Source: Streptosporangiaceae bacterium
Lineage (GTDB): Bacteria; Actinomycetota; Actinomycetes; Streptosporangiales; Streptosporangiaceae
Direction of reading: 5' to 3'
Assembly: GCA_052146815.1 (NCBI GenBank)
Contig: JBKQMG010000114.1
Coordinates: forward strand, 1-45,370
DNA length: 45,370 bases
Every line of letters starts with the position of its first letter. Within the stretch, counting starts at the first letter, position 1. Both the position numbers and the translations under genes were made by a program. Positions 39,654 to 45,370 of this stretch are shown in pieces. The notes below the pieces were generated by a model. It saw only the letters and a program-made list of their open reading frames with translations, was not told the origin of the DNA and searched no databases.

Positions 39654-40603
39654 GAGCGGGCTCCCGGCGCGGGTGCGCCGGTCCCCGGCCCGGCGCCGCC
39701 CGGCCGGGCGGGCCGCCGGGCCATTCCGGCCAGGCAGGTCGCGGCCACCATGATCTTCTCGCTGGCGGGCAGCGAGAGCCTCCGGGCCAGCGCCTCAGCC
39801 GGCGCCGCGCTGATGTGCTCCAGGAGCCGCCGGTAGATCCCGGCCATCGCTCCGGCCGACGCCGCGCTGCGCCGGTCGAGCATCGGCATCAGCTCCATCC
39901 CGGTGGCGTACCAGCTGCGGGCCCGGACGGCCTCGAAGCGGATGACCTGCTCCAGCGCCGCATTGCCGGCGAGGCCCTCGACCTGCCCGGCCGACAGGGA
40001 GCAGCCGAACCGGGCCAGGTCCTCGGCAGGCAGGTAGATCCGGCCGTTGCCGAGGTCCTCGCGGATGTCGCGCAGGATGTTGGTCAGCTGGAGGGCGACG
40101 CCGAGCGCATCGGCGAGCGGCGCGGCAGCGGCCGGGTCGGCGGAGCCGAACACCCCGAGCGACAGCCGCCCGATCGAGCCGGCCACGCAGCGGCAGTAAT
40201 GCTCCAGCTCGCCGAACGTGGCGTAGATGACGCCGCGCACGTCCGCCTCGCAGCCGTCGATCAGCTCGCCGAAGGCCCCGAGCGGCAGGGCGAACCGGCG
40301 GCTGGCGTCAGCGAGCGCGAGAAGAACGAGGTCATCGTCGCCCGGCGGGCCGCCGGCTGCGAGCGCGGCCACCACCGACCGGCACTGCGCGAGCGCGGCC
40401 AGCTTGTCGGCGGCCGGCAGCTCGCCGTCGCCGATGTCGTCCACCCGGCGGGCGAAGGCGTAGACCGCTGACAGGGCATGCCGCTTAGCCCCCGGCAGCA
40501 GCCTGATGCCGTAAGAGAAGTTGCGCGCCTGCGTGCTGGTGATGAGCTCGCAGTGCCGATAGGCCGCTTCCGTCCGGGCAGCTTGTGGCGCTGCACTGGT
40601 CAT
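39650..40603 (-). CDS. hpnD: presqualene diphosphate synthase HpnD (squalene/phytoene synthase family)
   Basis: Asp-rich motifs of the SQS/PSY family (ARRVDDIGD; NILRDIREDL) are present. The gene is second in the operon. Confidence 0.85.
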   Translation of the reverse strand: MTSAAPQAARTEAAYRHCELITSTQARNFSYGIRLLPGAKRHALSAVYAFARRVDDIGDGELPAADKLAALAQCRSVVAALAAGGPPGDDDLVLLALADASRRFALPLGAFGELIDGCEADVRGVIYATFGELEHYCRCVAGSIGRLSLGVFGSADPAAAAPLADALGVALQLTNILRDIREDLGNGRIYLPAEDLARFGCSLSAGQVEGLAGNAALEQVIRFEAVRARSWYATGMELMPMLDRRSAASAGAMAGIYRRLLEHISAAPAEALARRLSLPASEKIMVAATCLAGMARRPARPGGAGPGTGAPAPGARS

Positions 40604-40608
40604 GGCTG

Positions 40609-41502
40609 CTACCGCCCCCTCACGTAGGCCCTGGCCAGTTCGGTCAGCTGGCGGGCGCGGCGCGGACGCGGGGTGCCGCGCAGCACGTCGTAGTCTGCAG
40701 CCGCGACGGCGGCCAGCGCACTGCGGCCCCCGGCCACGTACCCGGCAATGGCCGCGCGGGCCGTCCCGCGCAGCGCCCCCACCAGCGGCGCACCAGCGTC
40801 CAGGAGCTCCCCGGCGCGGCGGCACTCAAACGCGATCATGCCCTTGAACTGCGGCGATGCCTGAGCGGCGGTGAGGTCAGCTTCAGTGCAGCCGTACTGA
40901 GCGAAGTCCTCCTGCGGAAGGTAGACCCGTCCCGCGCGCATGTCCTCGGCCACGTCCTGCCAGTGCTCGACCAGCTGCAGAGCCGTGCAGACGCGGTCGG
41001 ACCGCTCTGCCGCGGCCGGGGACATCGCACCGAAGATATGCAGGACGATCCGGCCTACCGGATTGGCCGACAGGCGGCAGTAGCCGAGCAGGTCAGCGAA
41101 CGTCGGATAGCGGGTGACGATCTGGTCCTGCCGGTTGGCCTGAATGAGATCAGCGAACAGGGCGACCGGGATCGAGCAGTCCTCGATCACCGGGCGCAGC
41201 GCGCGCACTTCGGGCCGTTGCGCCCCGCCTGCGGCGAGGGCGTCCAGATCGGCCTGCAGCCCATCGAGCAGGCGGAGCCGGTCCGGCGGCGGCGCGCAGT
41301 CGCCGATATCGTCGGTGACGCGGGCAAACCAGTAAACCGCCATGAGCTGCTGTCTCTTGCGGGCAGGCAACAGCTTCAGGGCGACGGGGAAGTTCTCGCC
41401 CGCCGCCTTCGCGGTCAGAGCCTCCGGAACGGCTTCAGGCCCAGCCGCCACCCGGACAGGCTCACCGCCAATCCGCATCCCTTCAGGCCCCACGGTACCC
41501 AT
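40609..41502 (-). CDS. hpnC: hydroxysqualene synthase HpnC (squalene/phytoene synthase family)
   Basis: SQS/PSY family motifs (ARVTDDIGD; DVAEDMRAGRVYLP) are present. It is the first gene of the hopanoid operon, 5 bp upstream of hpnD. Confidence 0.85.
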   Translation of the reverse strand: MGTVGPEGMRIGGEPVRVAAGPEAVPEALTAKAAGENFPVALKLLPARKRQQLMAVYWFARVTDDIGDCAPPPDRLRLLDGLQADLDALAAGGAQRPEVRALRPVIEDCSIPVALFADLIQANRQDQIVTRYPTFADLLGYCRLSANPVGRIVLHIFGAMSPAAAERSDRVCTALQLVEHWQDVAEDMRAGRVYLPQEDFAQYGCTEADLTAAQASPQFKGMIAFECRRAGELLDAGAPLVGALRGTARAAIAGYVAGGRSALAAVAAADYDVLRGTPRPRRARQLTELARAYVRGR

Positions 41503-41524
41503 TTCTGCATAGTTTTGAATTGAA

Positions 41525-41552
41525 TGTCAAAATGACACTAGCGTCACCTGAC
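41525..41552. promoter_or_regulatory. clustered short palindromes TGTCAaaaTGACA and GTCAccTGAC 25-60 bp upstream of hpnC start
   Basis: Read directly. They lie in an AT-richer stretch (ttttgaattgaatgtcaaaatgacac) at the 5' end of the hopanoid operon. Confidence 0.3.
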
Positions 41553-41683
41553 ACACGCGTCGTCTTTGCCGCTGATTAGGCAGGCCGCCGCCGCCGTCCG
41601 CTGAGTGGCATGTTATAAGGATCTCCCCGTGGTCCCCGGCATCGGCTATTAGGAAACCAGCAGCGCGCCGCTAATCGAGATAC

Positions 41684-41697
41684 TGACGCGCGCGTCA
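41684..41697. promoter_or_regulatory. perfect 14-bp palindrome TGACGCGCGCGTCA in hpnC-cvnA divergent intergenic region
   Basis: Read directly. Confidence 0.3.
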
Positions 41698-41828
41698 TAT
41701 TCATCGCCCCGGCCCGGCCGCTGTGTGATGATCGAGCTTTATATCGCGGTGATGTTGCGCCTGGGTTAAGCAAAAGTAACCGGATCATCTCGACACGTGG
41801 GCGCCGCCCGTCCGTGCGAGCGCCTCAT

Positions 41829-41845
41829 CCGGCTTCAGAAGCCGG
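41829..41845. promoter_or_regulatory. perfect 8-1-8 palindrome CCGGCTTCaGAAGCCGG in hpnC-cvnA intergenic region
   Basis: Read directly. Confidence 0.3.
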
Positions 41846-42113
41846 TAGCGCAAAGTGACCAGTTCGGCTCCGAGCGCGAGCACCCGGTGCCGGCGTGGCC
41901 CGGCCAGCGAACGCAGCCTCGGCCGCGAAAGCTAGGAAGCTACCTATTCATGATAAAGCGGACAGGAAATTACCAGTAAGCCTGCACCCGATCGCCCTCA
42001 TTTACCGGGCGATGGGCGCCAATTCGGTGTTACGCTCCCATATCTCTCTGGTACCTCCCGCGGAACAGCGCGTCCACCGGTCACTTCACACACTTCAGGG
42101 CACCGATAGGGGG

Positions 42114-44623
42114 TTGCGTAGCCGGTCCATACGCATGCGGGTCTTCCTGCTGATCCTGATTCCCATCGTCTCGCTCGGCGCGCTGTACGGGTTCGCGGCA
42201 CAGGTCACCGCGAGCGCTGCCCTGAGCCTGGCCAGGTCAAAGGCCGTCAGGATGGAACTCGCGGCCCCGACGACGCTGCTGCAGGATCAGCTGACCGCCG
42301 AGCGTCACCTGGCGCTGCTCTACCTGGCGAGCCCCGCGCCCGCCCTGCAGGCGGCCCTCGACCAGCAGGAAAGCAGCACTGACCGCGCCGTGCGCGCCTT
42401 CGAGCGGTCGGCAGCGCCCGGGGCCATCGCGAGCGGGGTGCCGGCCCAGGAGCATCAGGCCATCAGCGCTCTGCGCTCCGAACTGCAGGTCCTCGCCGGC
42501 CTGCGCGACAGCGTGGCGGCCCAGTCCGTCGGCAGGTCACAGGTGGTCAACGCCTACAGCAGCCTGATATCAGCGGGGTACCCGATCCTCACTCAGCTGA
42601 GCGACCAGGGGTCTGATGTCGCGCTGGCCTCGCAAGGGCAGGCGGTCGTCCGGCTGGGCCAGGCCGTTCAGGCCCTGCTCGAAGAAAGCGACCTGCTGGC
42701 CAGCGACCTCGCGGCGCGCTCCTTCCCGGCGGCGGACCGGCAGCAGTTCGCCGCGCTGGTGGCGGCCCGCAGGGCTCTGCTGGCGCAGACGCTGTCGGAC
42801 CTGACCCCTGCTTATCGCGGCGACTACGCCAGGGACGTCGGCCCGCGCGCCGCCGGGGCGGTCGCGGCGCTGGAGAACAGGGTCATCAGGACGCCGGCCA
42901 GGGCCAGGCTGCCGCTGGTGCGCCCGCTGGCCTGGAACTCGGCGATCTCATCCTTCTCTGCCGGGTTCGGCCGGGCCGTCAACGCCATAGCCGACTCGAT
43001 CACCGCGCAGGCGCAGTCGCAGTCGCGGTCCAGCTACCTGCGGCTCTTGCTCGTGGGCGGTCTCGGGCTGGTAGCCATCATCCTCTCCGTGCTGCTGTCG
43101 GTCATGATCGGCCGCGGGCTGATCCGCCAGCTCGCTGCCCTGCGGGAGAGCGCGCTCGACCTGGCCGATCATCGCCTGCCGGACATCATGGCGCGGCTGC
43201 GCCGCGGCGAGGACGTCGACGTCGCGGCCGCGGTCCCGCCGCAGCAGCGGGCGGGCTCTGACGAGATCAGTCGGGCCCGCAGGCCTTCGACGCGGCGGCG
43301 CGGACTGCCATCGAGGCGGCTGCCGACGAGGCGCGGCTGCGCAAGGGCGTCAGTGACGTCTTCCGCAACCTGGCCCGCCGCAGCCAGTCCCTGCTGCACC
43401 GGCAGCTGGCGCTGCTCGACGGGATGGAACGGCGCGCGAGCGAGCCTGACCAGCTCGAGGACCTTTTCCGCATCGACCACCTCACCACCCGGATGCGCAG
43501 GAACGCCGAGGGCCTGGTCATCCTGGCCGGCGAGTCACCTGGCCGTGGCTGGCGGCACCCGGTACCGCTCGTCGATGTCCTGCGCGCCGCAGTCGCCGAG
43601 GTCGAGGACTACACCAGAATCAGGGTTATTTCGCGGACTGAGGCAGCGCTGGCCGGCTCTGCCGTTGCCGACGTGATTCATCTCGTCGCGGAACTCGCAG
43701 AAAATGCCACCATTTTCTCGCCGCCGAATACGCCCGTCCGGATTCTCGGCGACACGGTCGGCAGGGGATTCGCGATCGAGATCGAGGACCGCGGCCTTGG
43801 CATCTCGCCCGAGCAGCTAGCCGTCATTAACCGTGATCTCGCTGACCCGCCGGAATTCGACCTGTCCGGCAGTGACCGGCTCGGCCTATTCGTCGCCGCA
43901 CGGCTCGCCCAGCGGCACGACATCAAGATTTCGCTGCGCCCCTCGGTCTACGGCGGTACCACGGCGATCGTGGTGATTCCGCTCGCGCTGGTGGCTCGGC
44001 CGGAAGCGGCCGGCATCGGCCGGGGCAGTGCCGCCCGCGAGCTGCCGTCCAGGCTGGCGCGCCGCCCGACTGCCCTCGGGCCTGGCTCCGCACCTGGCCC
44101 GGCCCTTAGTTTCACCGCGCCCGACAACGCGGCCGCGCTGACCGGCGCGGCCGTGACAGTGGCAGTACCAGCGCCGGAGGGTGCAGCCGGGGACGACCCG
44201 CGGGCCGCAGAGCCAGATCCGAAAATGACGACCGCCGGCCTGATCGAGCTTGGCCTGCCGGTCAGGGTCCGGCAGGAGAGCCTCGCTCCGCGGCTGCGCG
44301 AGCAGGCCGGCCCGGCCGGCCAGGGGAACGGTGCGGCAGGGCCGGCGGGCGGTGCTGCCCGCGCGGCGGCAGACCGGTCACCAGAGGTCGCGCGCTCCAC
44401 TATGGCCGCTTTGCAGCGCGGCTGGGAGCTGGGCCGGGCGACTGCCGTGCTGCCGCAGGCAGCGCCGACGGACGGCCCGAGGACGGGCGACCTGACCGCG
44501 GGCGAGGATCCCGCTGACGACCTGCCCACGGAGGGCCCGAGGACGAGCGACCTGACGGCGGACGACCGGGCCGCAGGCGAGCGGGCAGGCAGGGAGCGGG
44601 CCACCGACACGCACGACCAGTGA
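42114..44623 (+). pseudogene. cvnA: conservon sensor histidine kinase CvnA-like (nitrate/nitrite-sensing-type N-domain, HAMP, HATPase), interrupted by a -1 frameshift near 43275-43290
   Basis: A TTG start gives MRSRSIRMRVFLLILIPIVSLGALYGFA, the CvnA N-terminal pattern. Frame 0 runs to ...GSDEI, then protein-like sequence continues in another frame (AFDAAARTAIEAAADEARLRKGVSDVFRNLARRSQSLLHRQLALLDGMERRASEPDQLEDLFRIDHLTTRMRRNAEGLVILAGE...HLVAELAENATIFSPPNTPV...). One missing base around gcccgcaggcc restores a single 836-aa ORF. Confidence 0.7.
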
Positions 44624-44668
44624 GCCCGCGCACGCACTGACGCATGCGCGGCAGGGGGAAGGAAGCAC

Positions 44669-45079
44669 ATGAGTCACGCCGGCGAACTGGACTGGCTGCT
44701 CGATGATCTGGGGACCAGGGTGGCCCAGATCGACAAGTCCGTGATCTTGTCGAGGGACGGCCTCGTCATCGGCGCGTCAGCCAGCCTCCGCCGGGAGGAT
44801 GCCGAGCGCCTGTCCGCTGTGGCCTCGGGCTTCCAGAGCCTCGCCACCGGCGTCGGGCAGCATTTCGGCGGCGAGGCGGCCAGGCAGACCATCGTCGAGA
44901 TGGAGGCCGGATTCCTTTTCGTCACCGAAGCCGGCGCCGGCAGCTGCCTGGCCGTGCTGGCAGCGGCTGACGCGGACGTGGGCCTGATCGCCTTCGAGAT
45001 GGCCGTCCTGGTCAAGCGGGTCGGCGAGCATCTGGCGGTCGCGACCCGGCCGCTGCCATCGCGCGCCCCGGCGGTCTAG
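44669..45079 (+). CDS. cvnB: roadblock/LC7 domain protein (conservon CvnB-like)
   Basis: 136 aa with the roadblock/LC7 pattern ...SVILSRDGLVIGAS... It lies immediately downstream of the CvnA-like kinase, as in cvnABCD operons. Confidence 0.75.
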   Translation: MSHAGELDWLLDDLGTRVAQIDKSVILSRDGLVIGASASLRREDAERLSAVASGFQSLATGVGQHFGGEAARQTIVEMEAGFLFVTEAGAGSCLAVLAAADADVGLIAFEMAVLVKRVGEHLAVATRPLPSRAPAV

Positions 45080-45100
45080 ACATCCCAGGGGCTAACGGTG

Positions 45101-45370
45101 TCAAGCTGCGGTCCTGGTTTGCCTGGTGGCCTGCTGGGGCCAGGCAGTGGCCTCGTTGTAGTGGGTGCGGGTTTTGAGGCAGCCGTGCAGGATGCCGGTG
45201 AGCCGGTTGGCGAGGTGGCGCAGTGCGGCCCGGTGGCCGGTCGCGCGGGCTCGCTGGGCGTCGTAGCAGGCCCGGGCGCCGGGTGAGGTGCTGAGGGCGG
45301 CGAAGGCCTGGCCGTCGAGGGCGTCGCGGAGCCGGTCGTTGTGCACGTGCCGGGCCGCCACGGTCTTGCG
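45101..45370 (-). mobile_element. IS110-family transposase gene, C-terminal end (continues beyond window)
   Basis: The ORF end ...RLRDALDGQAFAALSTSPGARACYDAQRARATGHRAALRHLANRLTGILHGCLKTRTHYNEATAWP matches the conserved C-terminus of IS110/IS116/IS902-family transposases. Its stop is 22 bp past the cvnB stop. Confidence 0.65.

Overview
This is a high-GC actinomycete chromosomal window with Streptomyces-like gene content. The right-hand quarter (32.6-41.5 kb) is a complete, tightly coupled hopanoid biosynthesis operon on the minus strand. It reads hpnC-hpnD-hpnE-polyprenyl synthase-shc-(hpnG~ispH single ORF)-hpnH and is followed by a GT-C (GT39/ArnT-like) membrane glycosyltransferase. Divergent from the operon is a decaying 'conservon': a cvnA sensor kinase with a frameshift and cvnB (roadblock/LC7), truncated by an IS110-family transposase fragment at the window edge. 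The left part holds an ECF sigma factor with a C-terminal extension paired with a YCII protein. It also holds a HigB/HigA-like toxin-antitoxin module whose toxin carries an in-frame amber codon, and a divergent tRNA-Pro(TGG)/tRNA-Gly(TCC) pair flanked by decayed accessory genes (an orphan DppB-type permease and a frameshifted, N-truncated APH-family kinase remnant). The middle carries housekeeping and accessory genes: a PPOX-family protein, a GNAT acetyltransferase, a TauE exporter divergent from an alkyl-sulfatase, a transglutaminase-like pseudogene, glutamate decarboxylase, a PMT O-mannosyltransferase, TspO and an MBL hydrolase. It also carries two tandem paralogous secreted proteins with QxW-type motifs, a flotillin plus short-NfeD pair, a BtuF-like binding protein, a siderophore-interacting reductase, an FAD monooxygenase, a PAS-GAF-PP2C-HATPase regulator and a MacB/FtsX-type ABC exporter. 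Non-coding features include a triple tandem-repeat array at 30.7-30.9 kb whose last unit supplies the stop codon of the GT-C gene, strong hairpin terminators, and several palindromic operator candidates. Several accessory genes carry single-base frameshifts or a nonsense codon while the long biosynthetic ORFs are intact. I found no CRISPR array, no rRNA and no intact recombinase. All calls rest on motif recognition by eye; no searches were run.
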